NCBI GenBank assembly: GCA_002269645.1
Contig: NIVC01001006.1
Location: 151,147 to 215,146, forward strand
Direction of reading: 5' to 3'
Source of the DNA: Macrostomum lignano
Taxonomy: Eukaryota
DNA length: 64,000 nucleotides
Of this stretch, positions 34,401 through 45,829 are shown one piece after another. How positions within the stretch are numbered: position 1 is the stretch's first letter; every line of letters begins with the position of its first letter. The position numbers and the translations under genes are program-made. The notes beneath the pieces were generated by a model, which worked only from the letters and a program-made list of their open reading frames with translations, was not told the DNA's origin and did not search any database.

Positions 34401-36423
34401 TTCGTAGCTGCGGAGTGTGGGGACTCGTAGCTGTGGAGTGTGGGGATTCGTAGCTGCGGAGTGTGGGGATTCGTAGCTGTAGAGTGTGGGGATTCGTAGC
34501 TGCGGAGTGTGGGGATTCTTAGCTGTGGAGTGTGGGGATTCGTAGCTGCGGAGTGTGGGGATTCGTAGCTGCGGAGTGTGGGGATTCGTAGCTGCAAAGT
34601 GTGGGGATTCGTAGCTGTGGAGTGTGGGGATTCGTAGCTGTGGAGTGTGGGGATTCGTAGCTGTGGAGTGTGGGGATTCGTAGCTGCAAAGTGTGGGGAT
34701 TCGTAGCTGCGGAGTGTGGGGATTCGTAGCTGTGGAGTGTGGGGATTCGTAGCTGTGTAGTGTGGGGATTCGTAGCTGTAGAGTGTGGGGATTCGTAGCT
34801 GCAAAGTGTGGGGATTCGTAGCTGCGGAGTGTGGGGATTCGTAGCTGTGGAGTGTGGGGATTCGTAGCTGCAGAGTGTGGGATTCGTAGCTGTGGAGTGT
34901 GGGGATTCGTAGCTGCAAAGTGTGGGGATTCGTAGCTGTGGAGTGTGGGGATTCGTAGCTGCAAAGTGTGGGGATTCGTAGCTGCAAAGTGTGGGGATTC
35001 GTAGCTGCGGAGTGTGGGGATTCGTAGCTGTGGAGTGTGGGGATTTCGTAACTGCGGAGTGTGGGGATTCGTAGCTGTAGAGTGTGGGGATTCGTAGCTG
35101 CGGAGTGTGGGGATTCTTAGCTGTGGAGTGTGGAGATTCGTAACTGCGGAGTGTGGGGATTCTTAGCTGTGGAGTGTGGGGATTCGTAACTGCGGAGTGT
35201 GGGGATTCTTAGCTGTGGAGTGTGGGGATTCGTAGCTGTGGAGTGTGGGGATTCGTAGCTGTGGAGTGTGGGATTCGTAGCTGAGGAGTGTGGGGATTCC
35301 TAGCTGAGGAGTGTGGGGATTCGTAGCTGTGGAGTGTGGGGATTCGTAGCTGAGGAGTGTGGGGATTCGTAGCTGTGGAGTGTGGGGATTCGTAGCTGTG
35401 GAGTGTGGGATTCGTAGCTGAGGAGTGTGGGGATTCGTAGCTGTGGAGTGTGGGATTCGCAGGCGCTAGTTGATTCCCGCATGCGAAGAGCAGCCACCCG
35501 GCAGTTGAGTCGATTCCATTTGATTTCCAACCGCCATCCCAAGGCGGCGCTGCGGCGGTCTCCAAGTTGCAATCGATTTTCCCTTTGATGAAGTCGCTGG
35601 CGGCGTGCGGCAGTGCGGGCTTGGAGAGCCCGGGGGACCCCAGCTGATCTAATGGACAGCTAAATAATTCAGGGGCCCGCGGTCTCGACAGTAAGGGATG
35701 GAAGGCGGGGGACTTCAGAGAAAACTGAGTTCCTTTTGACGTGCCTGTTTGCGGTTGAAGATGTGCTTGGAGGGTCTCTGAAGGGGCCGCGCTATCTACT
35801 CACTCACCAACTATGCATCACTTACCAACTCATATATCACTCACAAACTCATGCATCACTCACAAACTCATGCATCACTCACAAACTCATGCATCACTCA
35901 CAAACTCATGCATCACTCACAAACTCATGCATCACTCACAAACTCATGCATCACTCACAAACTCATGCATCACTCACAAACTCATGCATCACTCACAAAC
36001 TCATGCATCACTCACAAACTCATGCATCACTCACCACTTATGCATCACTCACCAACTCATGCATCACTCACCACTTATGCATCACTCACCAACTCATATA
36101 TCACTCACAAACTCATGCATCACTCACAAACTCATGCATCACTCACCACTCATGCATCACTCACAAACTCATGCATCACTCACCAACTCATGCATCACTC
36201 ACAAACTCATGCATCACTCACCACTTATGCATTACTCATGATCTCACTTATTAAATCACTCACAGACTCACTCATAAACTCACCCATGAACTCACTCATA
36301 GCGTCACTCACCAATAAGATAGGTTTTCTTGGCGGCCATTGCGCCTGGCGGAGCGGCGGCAGCCCAGATGAAGCAGCAGAGCAGCAAGCCGCAGCCGCCT
36401 CTCGGGAGGCTGAAGTGCTTCAT
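25473..36423 (-). CDS. Ionotropic glutamate receptor subunit, AMPA/kainate type; 12 exons
   Basis: Exons on the minus strand: 36423-36311, 34308-34093, 33520-33173, 31646-31438, 30475-30422, 30338-30162, 29712-29431, 28883-28557, 28343-27783, 26615-26250, 25885-25748, 25637-25473. Signal peptide then YLIGGIF; [10 protein letters not shown]; WNGMIGEL; [10 protein letters not shown]; [13 protein letters not shown]; [11 protein letters not shown]; LLESTMNEY; M4 SVAGLFYIL. Start codon and last exon are less certain. Confidence 0.92.
25906..26240. repeat. 40-bp minisatellite x about 8, filling receptor intron 10
   Basis: GATAGGCTAGATTAGCAATCCATTCTATTCCTGCACCCAT. Confidence 0.95.
26755..27690. repeat. 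23-bp minisatellite x about 40, receptor intron 9
   Basis: CTCCTGACACAAGCATGCGGTCA. Confidence 0.97.
28960..29420. repeat. About 12-bp degenerate minisatellite, receptor intron 7
   Basis: GGGTCAGTCAGT / GTGTCAGGCAGT units. Confidence 0.9.
29720..30030. repeat. 23-bp minisatellite, receptor intron 6
   Basis: GAGTGACGGTGGGAGTGTCTTTA. Confidence 0.93.
30495..31290. repeat. About 28-bp degenerate minisatellite, receptor intron 4
   Basis: TTTCTAAGAAACCAATATCTTGGAGAGA. Confidence 0.9.
31715..31935. repeat. 30-bp minisatellite near the 3' end of receptor intron 3
   Basis: GTGCGGCCTTAGCAACCGAATTTCAGATTT. Confidence 0.85.
32385..33145. repeat. 21-bp minisatellite near the 5' end of receptor intron 3
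   Basis: CCAACCGGACACTGCATCATC. Confidence 0.95.
33575..33930. repeat. 10-bp minisatellite, receptor intron 2
   Basis: GTGACAGATA. Confidence 0.92.
34320..35460. repeat. 23-bp minisatellite, 3' part of receptor intron 1
   Basis: GTGTGGGGATTCGTAGCTGCGGA. Confidence 0.97.
35810..36310. repeat. 19-bp minisatellite, 5' part of receptor intron 1
   Basis: TCACTCACAAACTCATGCA; the sense strand contains GTGAGT. Confidence 0.95.
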
Positions 36424-36884
36424 CCTGTCTGGCAGAAGAAAAAGCAACCGAGCTGCAACTGCAAACTGCAACGCGCTGAGCAGGCAGAGAAGCGGAGAGA
36501 AGGGCGATGATAAACTGCTCATGCCTCCGCAGAGATCGGGTTTCCCGCCATAGCGGCTCATCCGCCTCTCCTGGGGCCACAGGAGGAGAATTCCCGTCCC
36601 GGGCAAGGGGCTGCTGCTCCAATCGGCTTGGGCTGAGCATTTCTGGGTCGCCTCTCTTCAAGCTGGCGGCTTAGGACAAGCCTCTCCTCTATCCTGCTTC
36701 ATCGGAATCTCAGCCTCTCCACCTCGCTGTGGCGCCGCACTCAGACAGGGGGGGGGGGCAGTTTGTCACCAAACGGCCGCCACTCAGACCCCGGCTTGAG
36801 AACTCGAGCGGAGAGGAAGGAGGGACACTGCGGTGCCAGCAGCGCGGCAGTGACCTCTGCGGCACGCCTGCTGACTGGCGCTGC

Positions 36885-37063
36885 GGCTGTCTGTCTGTCT
36901 GCCGCCTGTGTCCGCCTAGCTGTCTGTCTGTCTGTCTGTCTGTCTGTCTGCCTGTCTATCTGCCTGTGTCTGTCTGTCTGCCTGTCTGTCTATCTGCCTG
37001 TGTCTGCCTAACCGTCTGTATGTCTGCTGCCTGTGTCTGCCTATCTGTCTGTCTGTCTGCCTA

Positions 37064-37094
<31 letters not shown>

Positions 37095-37372
37095 GCCTGT
37101 GTCTGTCTGTCTGCCTGTCTGTCTATCTGCCTGTGTCTGCCTAACCGTCTGTCTGTCTGCTGCCTGTGTCTGCCTATCTGTCTGTCTGTCTGCCGCCTGT
37201 GTCCGCCTAGCTGTCTGTCTGTCTGTCTGTCTGCCTAACCGTCTGTCTGTCTGCTGCCTGTGTCTGCCTAACTGTCTGTCTGTTTGCCTGTGTCTGCCTG
37301 CCTGTCTGTTTGTCTGTATCTGCCTGTCTGCCTGCCTGCCTGTGTCTGCCTAACCGTCTGTCTGTCTGTCTC
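36885..37372. repeat. Degenerate (CTGT)n microsatellite upstream of the receptor start
   Basis: CTGT/CTGC tetramer runs. Confidence 0.92.
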
Positions 37373-39363
37373 AGAAGGGATACTGTTTGTGAACAAGTCT
37401 CAAAGAAGCCAAGTGCAAGCTGCAATGTTTTCTCATTTCCCTTGGAACTGCACGAGCCCCCCGACTGCCGCAGCTTCATGCGCTAATCCCATTATCTGCC
37501 CCGCGGGGTCCAGCAGAGCTCCACCGCGCTCCCCTCATTCAAATACGACAGCAATTTGATTTTCAATCTAGACGCCAAAGTCTAGCCTATAATTAGCATA
37601 AAAAACCTAATTATCGGACCAGTGCTTCAGCCGAGAGTGCTCAGCTCCCATAGCAGTATTCAATCAGCGCCATCACAGGCTGCAGTGTTATTGAATGTGT
37701 ACGCTAACAAAATCATTCGAACGGCAGGTTGAAGGGGCCTTCAAACTTGGCGATGAGCGAGTCACCGTCCTGTCCTGCGGCGCCGTCGGAGACTCCAGCT
37801 GGCAGGCTGCATCATCATCCGAGAAGTGTCATGTACATGAAAACCTATGCTAGCAGAAAGACTGCGCGGGCCCCCTGGTGCAGCGCCTTCGGCGAGACCG
37901 TCCCGCAGCCATAGTTATGAACTGCACGTGAGCCACACAGGCCAATTTCCAAACACACAAGCCCCCACTTGCCCTGCCAGTTCAATAAGCCAGTTCAAAA
38001 GGCTTTCTCGCGCAGTTTAGAGATTAAGAAGTGCTCAAACATAAAGACTACTGCATTGGGTCAGTAGTATAGATAAAACAGAGCATCAAGTGCCTTGGTG
38101 AATGTATTTGCTGACTCGACTTTGCACAGGACGGATGGTTGCTAATATTTTTGGGGAGGATCCGGGAGACAGAGGGCGACGGAATGCGATTTGAGTAAAC
38201 AGGTGCCGCTGAGGTAAAACAGATTCACAGGCACAGTTGGACGGATCAGAGTGACATTGGTTTGGTAGCAACTATTTATTGATGGGCTCAAGATGCCAAT
38301 GAAAAACTAATCTAATCTGTAAAGCTAAAAGTTTTGCAACAGATAACTGCTACTGCAAGTAGAAGAGTAAGCATTTTGTTAGAATTACAAATTTTGAAAG
38401 TTTTGAAAGAATAACCATATATTAAATGGAGGGTTTCTTAGGTTAAAGCAATAAAAATATTGCGTATAGTAAAATTGTAGATTACTTCATTTCCATATAA
38501 GTTTACTTTCAAACATGGATAACTTTGTTATAATGTCTAGTAATTTCCGGGTTTGCACCTTTCCCAGACTCCATTCATTATTAAATGATGCAAAAGAAAA
38601 CTTTGGACGAAGATTAACCTGTTAACTCCCCCAAAGTAGTTAAGACCACAGATACTAGAATAACTGGATAGACAACTCAGCACATTTGCGTGCAAGCTAC
38701 TTTCAGTTCAGTAGTAAGTTAAACAGAAGCATTTTAATGTATTTTTAAAGCCAAGGCTCATTTATTGGCTCTTACCCCCCTTCAACCCTCCAACCGCGCC
38801 TTTCCACACTAACCCCCGCCCCTCCCCAATTTTTATTGCCTTTCTCGGAAATCCAGCCTAAATCTGCCATGTAATTTCAGTGGACTGGCAAATGTACATT
38901 ATTCCTGAACCAATTAGCAAGTTGTTTACGCCTGCAAGCTTGGGCTTGTAAATTTATCAAAGTCATTTCAGCTGCCTTTAATTTTATAAAATAGCTTATG
39001 TATTCTTCATTGCTACTGAACTGAAAGTAGAAAGCTGTTTTACTAAGTATATGCCTGAGTGGCCCATCCAGTTATTGCATGCAGTATATGTGGTTAAGAT
39101 AAAGTGCATTTTCAAAACAGTGCATTACCCCAGCAAATAGAAAATTACATTGAAAATGACTCAAAAGTTAATTTGCCAGTGCATACAACACATAAAAGTA
39201 CATTTCCATAACTGAATTCTAAAATTCGCAAAAAGCAGAGGCGTGAAAAGTGCGCACTTGAAGAATAGTAACAAAGAAGGTCAAAGAGGCGGTGCAGCAC
39301 GGTGGAATGCGGGTGAAGAGGAAAATTAAGTCACCAGAGCTCGACATGGGGTCGAGCCGTCCG

Positions 39364-41648
39364 TCAGTCGTCATCCTCGTCGTCGTCCTCGAACTGGGCA
39401 AGGCGGCGGCGGAGGTCTTTGATCTGGTCGTTTTTCTTCTGCAGCATCTGCTTCAGATTGCGGAACGGCGCCGTCTGCGACACCTTCAGCTCCAGTTCCT
39501 GCTCCGCCAGGCTGAGCAGGGCGCGAACTCGCGACAGCTCGTCCTCGGCCTCGTCGGGACCCAGCCCGGAGTGCTGGCGTGCAGGGGGGGGGGTCCGGCA
39601 GGTGAGCCCCTGGGGACTGGCGTGGCTTCCCCTGGCCTGAACTGACCTGTCCGACTGATGGACCTTGCTCTTGTGACCCGGCTTGACCTTCAACTCGGGA
39701 ACTGGCCTGGCCCTACCTTTGTGACCTGACCCGAACTTGTCACCTCACCTGACCCCGTCATTGCGACCTGACCAGACCCAATCCTTGTGACCTCACCTGA
39801 CCTCGTCATTGCGACCTGACCCGAACTTGTGACCTCACCTGACCTCGACATTGTGACCTCACCTGACCTCGTCATTGTGACCTGACCAGACCCAATCCTT
39901 GTGACCTCACCTGACCCCGTCATTGCGACCTGACCAGACCCAATCCTTGTGACCTCACCTGACCCCGTCATTGCGACCTGACCAGACCCAATCCTTGTGA
40001 CCTCACCTGACCCCGTCATTGCGACCTGACCAGACCCAATCCTTGTGACCTCACCTGACCCCGTCATTGCGACCTGACCAGACCCAATCCTTGTGACCTC
40101 ACCTGACCCCGTCATTGCGACCTGACCAGACCCAATCCTTGTGACCTCACCTGACCCCGTCATTGCGACCTGACCAGACCCAATCCTTGTGACCTCACCT
40201 GACCTCGTCATTGCGACCTGACCCGAACTTGTGACCTCACCTGACCTCGACATTGTGACCTCACCTGACCTCGTCATTGTGACCTGACCAGACCCAATCC
40301 TTGTGACCTCACCTGACCCCGTCATTGCGACCTGACCAGATCCAATCTTTGTGACCTCACCTGACCCCGTCATTGCGACCTGACCAGATCCAATCCTTGT
40401 GACCTAACTTGACCATTCGATCTGAACTGACCCACCGTGACCTTTGACCTTGTTTTTATTACCAGACCTGACCTCTCGATCTGAACAAATTTTTTTACCT
40501 GAGACCCGATTTGGCCTGACAATGGAGACAAGACTCACCTGAGCTCGCATCTCGCGCCGGTCGTCCCGCATCCGTTCGAGCTCCTTCTCGAGGTCGCGCA
40601 CCAGCCGGTCGCCGCCCTTGACGCCCTGGGCGAGCTGCCTGGCCAAGTCCAGCTTGTCCGTCTTCAGCCGCTCGGCCTCGATCTGGGCGTCCTGCAGGCG
40701 CTCCTCCAGCTGGCCGATCTGGACGTGCAGGCGGCCGATCTCCTGGCGGAGCAGCTCCGTGCTGCCCGTGTCGTTCACCGGGGCCAGGTGCGGCCTGGCG
40801 TCGGCGCCGGCGCCGCTGAACTCGGCTTCCTCGAATTCGCGGATGCGGTCCAGCAGGGCCTTGTTCTCCAGCTCGGACACGTCCGCGGACAGGCGGAGGT
40901 GCCACTTCTCCGCCTGCGGGGATCGGAGCTCTGATGCTAGTGCATTCTAATGCAAGTCCTAATGCTAGTGCATTCTAATGCAAGTCCTAATGCTAGTGCA
41001 TTCTAATGCAAGTCCTAATGCTAGTGCATTCTAATGCCAGTCCTAATGCTAGTGCATTCTAATGCAAGTCCTAATGCTAGTGCATTCTAATGCAAGTCCT
41101 AACGCTAGTGCATTCTAATGCAAGTCCTAATGCTAGTGCATTCTAATGCAAGTCCTAATGCTAGTGCATTCTAATGCAAGTCCTAATGCTAGTGCATTCT
41201 AATGCAAGTCCTAATGCTAGTGCATTCTAATGCAAGTCCTAACGCTAGTGCATTCTAATGCAAGTCCTAATGCTAGTGCATTCTAATGCAAGTCCTAATG
41301 CTAGTGCACTCTAATGCAGTTCCAAACGCACTGTACCTGCCCATTCCGCACCCCAGCAGCAGCGAGCCCAGTTACCTGTTGGAACAGCTGCCTGAGCAGC
41401 AGAATATTGGTGTGAGCACCGTTAATGAGCTCAGCCTCCACCTCGGTGCGCACATTCTCTTCCAGGTCGGCCAGCAGGTCTTCCACCTCGTCGATAGTGA
41501 AGTTGGCCTCGTCCTTCAGCCTGGAGTCGCGGATGTCGTCAAAGCAGCCAAGGACACTTTTTAGTCTCTGGCCGCGCTGGTAGCGAGCGAAGCGCAGGTA
41601 CTGCACAATGTTGGTCTGGTGGTGATCGTTCAGGCCCAGGGCTGACAT
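39364..41648 (-). CDS. LZTFL1: Leucine zipper transcription factor-like 1 (BBS17); 3 coding exons
   Basis: Exons 41648-41376, 40913-40539, 39573-39364. MSALGLNDHHQ...YLRFAR...FTIDEV...ELIN.AHTNILLLRQLFQQAEKWHLRL..DVSELEN...KKNDQIKDLRRRLAQFE closely follows recalled LZTFL1. Confidence 0.95.
39715..40410. repeat. 48-bp minisatellite, LZTFL1 coding intron 2
   Basis: GTGACCTCACCTGACCCCGTCATTGCGACCTGACCAGACCCAATCCTT. Confidence 0.95.
40935..41320. repeat. 28-bp minisatellite, LZTFL1 coding intron 1
   Basis: GCTAGTGCATTCTAATGCAAGTCCTAAT. Confidence 0.96.
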
Positions 41649-41674
41649 GGCGTGGCTGCGGGGTTAGGGAGGCA

Positions 41675-42090
41675 CTCGCACCTGATTGGCTGCTCAATTA
41701 TCCACCACTGATAACTGCTGGCCAGGCAATCACACCTGATTGGCTGTTCAATTATCCACTGATAACTGCTGGCCAGGCACTCACACCTGATTGGCTGCTC
41801 AATTATCCACTGATAACTGCTGGCCAGGCAATCACACCTGATTGGCTGTTCAATTATCCACTGATAACTGCTGGCCAGGCACTCACACCTGATTGGCTGC
41901 TCAATTATCCACTGATAACTGCTGGCCAGGCAATCACACCTGATTGGCTGCTCAATTATCCACCACTGATAACTGCTGGCCAGGCACTCACACCTGATTG
42001 GCTGCTCAATTATCCACTGATAACTGCTGGCCAGGCACTCACACCTGATTGGCTGCTCAATTATCCACTGATAACTGCTGGCCAGGCACT
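41675..42090. repeat. 51-54-bp minisatellite in the putative LZTFL1 5' UTR intron (42145-41656)
   Basis: CACACCTGATTGGCTGCTCAATTATCCACTGATAACTGCTGGCCAGGCACT x about 8, bounded by a GTGAGT donor and a CTAAC...GCAG acceptor on the minus strand. Confidence 0.9.
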
Positions 42091-42145
42091 CAGGGTTCGT
42101 GGGGTGAGTCACCACTGAGCTGCCGCACCCTTGCCAGACACTCAC

Positions 42146-42200
42146 GCCTACATAAGCCTATAAGCGCTGGACACAAATGAGAAGTCAACAAGAGCAAACT
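42146..42200 (-). promoter_or_regulatory. Unpaired 3' splice acceptor (U-rich tract plus CAG at 42167) and a 21-nt non-coding exon: candidate SL trans-splice site for LZTFL1
   Basis: Minus strand reads TTTGCTCTTGTTGACTTCTCATTTGTGTCCAG|CGCTTATAGGCTTATGTAGGC|GTGAGT, about 60 nt downstream of the AATAAA at 42232-42227. Confidence 0.55.
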
Positions 42201-42226
42201 GTACAGGTACTTCTGCAACATCGCAA

Positions 42227-42232
42227 TTTATT
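42227..42232 (-). terminator. Candidate poly(A) signal of ENTR1
   Basis: Minus-strand AATAAA about 450 nt after the ENTR1 stop. Confidence 0.6.
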
Positions 42233-42677
42233 GAGTGCCAGATATCGGACCCGATCTACTCAAAAATCCCTAAGCAGGATGATATAAAAATGGCTGAAGG
42301 CGTGCAGGAACAAATTATCATAAATTACATTAGCTGAGCGCTAGGGGTGCAGTTGAAGGCATGCTGGGCGCAGACAGGTGGATGAGATAATCCTGGCTAA
42401 TTATTAATTAACACAATAAGCATTAATCACGCGAGAATCACACAAGTCGGAGTGAGCACTGATTAGAGTTTGCGGGACTGCCAGTTGCCAATAAAAATAA
42501 TGAATGATTTGTCCTTGCCAGACAGAGCGCAGCGTCGGCTTGAAGAATTCATATTCTCAATTTCAATAAATCTGCATCCAGCGGGCATCTCGGGCGATAT
42601 AAAACAAGCAATGCATTAATTATGCTAATGAGATGTCCATAATAGGAAAACGCGCTAAAGGGGGGGGGGCGGCAGCC

Positions 42678-43673
42678 TCAGTCCGGGTCGTCCATCCGGG
42701 CCGCCCCGCCGCCGCCCGCCTCCTCCCGCAGCCGGCCGAGAGAGTCCAGCCGGTCCGCCAGCAGGTGCGCCGCTTCCAGGCCCTTCAGCAGCGCCTGGAG
42801 AGCCGTCTCCTGCTGCCGGGCGCCCAGCCGAAGCTGCCCGGCAATGCCGCGGGCCTCCGCGGTCACCGCGTCCTGCTCCCCCGACGGCTGCTGCGGAGCT
42901 GAAGTCACCGACGCTCCTGCCGAGGCCGCCGATGCAGCTGAGCGCGCCTCCTGCAGCTGCTGCCGCAGGCGGGCCACTCGCTGCTCGGCCCGGGCCGCCC
43001 GGTCGTTGGCAGCGGTGAGGGCGGCCTCGACCTGGCGCAGCTGGTCTGTCTCCAGGCGCTCCTGGTCCTCGCGCTGGCGCAGCCGGCGGCGCAGCTGGTC
43101 GCACTCGCGGCCGAGCCGGGCGCAGCCGGGGCAGCCGTGGACGGCTGGCGAGCCGGGCGGGGCGGCCGAGGCGGCAGGCGGCGAGCCCGCCGACAGAATT
43201 GGCGAGGCGGAGGCGTCGCTCGGCGTTGAGGCGGTTGCCGCGGCGGCGGTCGCGGGTTCGTGCCCCGCTAGGAAGTCGGGCAGCGGCGTCGGCTCGGCCG
43301 GTGGGGAGGCGGCGGTGGCGGCAGCTGAGGACGCCGCGGCAGCTGCTGCTGCTGACGCGGCCGAAGCTGCTGCAGCGGCAGCGACAGCGGCGGCGTCTCG
43401 CGGCGGCACGGGAGGCGGCGGGGGCGGAGGCGGCGGCGCGTGGTGGTGATGGTGCAAATGCGAGGCCGGGCTGCTGCCTTCGGCCGACTGCACAAAATCT
43501 GGCAGATGGTGATTGGCCAGGCTGAACGGATTCTGATTGGCTGGGGGCGGCGGCGGCGGGGGAGGCTGGTGGTCAGAGATGAGGAAGCGCCGGAACGAGT
43601 AGGGGTTGTCCTCAGGAGGCGGTGGCGGCGGGCCCGGTGTCGCCTCGTGGCCGGTTGCGGCGCGGCTCGACAT
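42678..43673 (-). CDS. ENTR1: Endosome-associated trafficking regulator 1 (ENTR1/SDCCAG3)-like; intronless, 331 aa
   Basis: N-terminal EDNPYSFRRFL (ENTR1 NPFSFREFL motif), NPFSL..LPDF, coiled coil QVEAALTAANDRAARAEQRVARLRQQL, and a C-terminal helix ending LLADRLDSLGRL. Confidence 0.75.
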   Translation of the reverse strand: MSSRAATGHEATPGPPPPPPEDNPYSFRRFLISDHQPPPPPPPPANQNPFSLANHHLPDFVQSAEGSSPASHLHHHHHAPPPPPPPPPVPPRDAAAVAAAAAASAASAAAAAAASSAAATAASPPAEPTPLPDFLAGHEPATAAAATASTPSDASASPILSAGSPPAASAAPPGSPAVHGCPGCARLGRECDQLRRRLRQREDQERLETDQLRQVEAALTAANDRAARAEQRVARLRQQLQEARSAASAASAGASVTSAPQQPSGEQDAVTAEARGIAGQLRLGARQQETALQALLKGLEAAHLLADRLDSLGRLREEAGGGGAARMDDPD

Positions 43674-44097
43674 GGCGGCGGCTGCGGTGGCAGCTTCTGC
43701 AGCTGGAAAGCAGGAGAGAGGCAGCAGGGTGCTGGCTAATTAGGCTCAAAATGGTGGCTTTGGCCACTGCTAGCCAGCAAGGAGGCAAGCAGTTTAAGGA
43801 GTGAACATGAGCATGAACATGGGTATGTACACAGGCAAACAGGGTTTTCAGTTCAAGTTTGGGAATGTACATAGGTTATAGTTTATTATATAAGGTCGCA
43901 ATTACACCTTTAAGCATATAGACATAAACAGCTTTTTTTGAACTTATAATTTTATACTTTTAGCTAAACAATCAAACAAAAGTACAAAAGTGAAAATTAT
44001 AGATTACATTCAATAGTTTGTATGAACTTCAAGATTTAAATTATATTATATATTTTAATGAATCTAAATTAAAATAACAAAAATATGATATTTTTAA

Positions 44098-44467
44098 CAG
44101 TGGCAGCATAGGGGGGCAGGGGAGGGGCAGCTGCCCCTAGGTGACCACAGGTCACTGCCTCAAGGGGGGTGACCACCCCACCATCCCCACGGCCCTCAAA
44201 AAGACCCTAAGAAGGGAGGGCAGATGGTCACCCCCTGCTATGCAAATGCAACTTGCATCAATGATTAAAAATGCATTTTTATTAGAATTTTTATGCTGTA
44301 CATTTGTTTCGTAAGAAGTGTGTCATAATTTGTTTGTAATTTTCTACTTTCTTAGAAGATTTGTGTTCTAATTCAAATGTTTTTATTTGTTTAATTACAA
44401 TAGATAGGGGAAGGGGGGTGACCACCTAACTACTGCCCCCCCAACCAGAGATACTGCACCATCACTA
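44098..44467. mobile_element. Possible old hAT-type MITE
   Basis: CAGTGGCAGCA start, degenerate TGCACCATCACTA end. 8-bp flanks ATTTTTAA / TTTTTTAA match 7/8 but are low complexity. Confidence 0.35.
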
Positions 44468-45317
44468 TTTTTTAATAAAATGATTCTATTCAATGAAAAG
44501 ACAGATTGTTTCTAATTAATAAGTATTAATTTTAATAATCTCTATGATAACTTGCTTTCCTATTATATAAGATATAACTATTTGTATTAGGTTGATTTTT
44601 TGGTTTTAGCTAAATCAATAAAAAACTTTTGTTTAAGACTATTTAATGATAACTTGGTAAATAAAAAAGACTACTAAATATATAAACAAGCTTAATAAAT
44701 GAGACAACTCAATAAGTTAAAATATATTTGATAATTGCTAAGAGTTTGAAATTATATAGTATATAGCATAATTAACATTTCTACTAAGGGGATAAGGGGG
44801 GATTTTTTATTAAAGGGGGGCTAAATGAATACATGTTAATATAGGGGATTAGTAAAGCACTTAGCTAATAGAAAACAGCAATGTATAGCCTAGCTACAAA
44901 CTGAGGGATAAGGCCTAAAGCCTACAAGTCAATATCAATTAGAATATAGCAAGTCTAGCCCTAGCAAAGTCTTTTACAGGGTAAGCTAAATAATAGGTCA
45001 ATGGACAAAGGCCTAATACCTTATATATAGACATAGATAATGGCCAATAAACATCTAGTAGGGCCTTTGCAAGGTGTAGCTTAGAGGTAGCATAAGGGTC
45101 TAGGCCACTAGCTTGGCATTGCTTAGGCTGTTGCCCCTGGATAACTATTTTCCTACCTGTGAGGACAAGCTTTGCCCCCACTCCACTTTGCAACCTATCA
45201 TAAATTTTTTTATTTCTTCAGGGTGCCAAAATGAATGCTAACACAGATACTCAAAATAATGAATTTATTTATGTCCATTCTTGGATTTGACCCCGCTATA
45301 TAATCTAAAGTGATACC

Positions 45318-45507
45318 TAGGGGCCTAGGGAGGGGGATAGAAGGGATAACACCCCCCAAAAAGCCTGACCAAAACTTTTTTGTTGCCCTTTGTTGCTATA
45401 CATGCTACCATATGACTTTGTCATAGCACTTTTACCTTGGTGTATCCCCCCTATAGAAAATTCACCTTGGTGTATCTCCCCATAGGAAATTCTTGGCTAC
45501 ACCCCTA
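45318..45507. mobile_element. Possible decayed hAT-type MITE
   Basis: TAGGGGCCTAG / CTACACCCCTA termini. Flanks GTGATACC / GTGAAACC match 7/8. Resembles the element at 10099-10370. Confidence 0.45.
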
Positions 45508-45829
45508 GTGAAACCCCTGATAAGTATAATTACAAGTACATGTACTATGCAAAAATTAGTAATATGGATTCAAATGTATGGCCAGTGTGGTAGCTATACT
45601 GGTCAGTTATTTAATGGTTTGCTTTTATTTAGGCTTTTCATATTATTGATTCCAGAACCAGAATTAGTTCAAACAGGATGCCCGCATATTTTGAGAAAGT
45701 AAAATAAAGGAGACTGTTTGACTGATCCCAAAATAAAGGAGATTTAATTTGGTAATGTAACAGTGATAGGCAATGTCTGTCTAAGGCCTGTATAGGCAAA
45801 CTCTGGCCTCTTGCCTCTGAATCTCTGTG

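Noticed and set aside
32171-36510. Long periodic ORFs ([32 protein letters not shown])
   Set aside because: Stop-free frames of 19-23-bp intronic arrays of the receptor gene.
36424-36661. Longer N-termini for the glutamate receptor (ORFs from 36606 and 36661)
   Set aside because: A signal-peptide-like segment follows ATG 36423 directly and the 36661 ORF is out of frame with exon 2; an upstream in-frame ATG near 36561 cannot be fully excluded.
37690-37960. GC-rich patch between LZTFL1 and the receptor
   Set aside because: No coherent ORF, snRNA, SL RNA or tRNA pattern recognised; possibly a 5' UTR exon, but unsupported.
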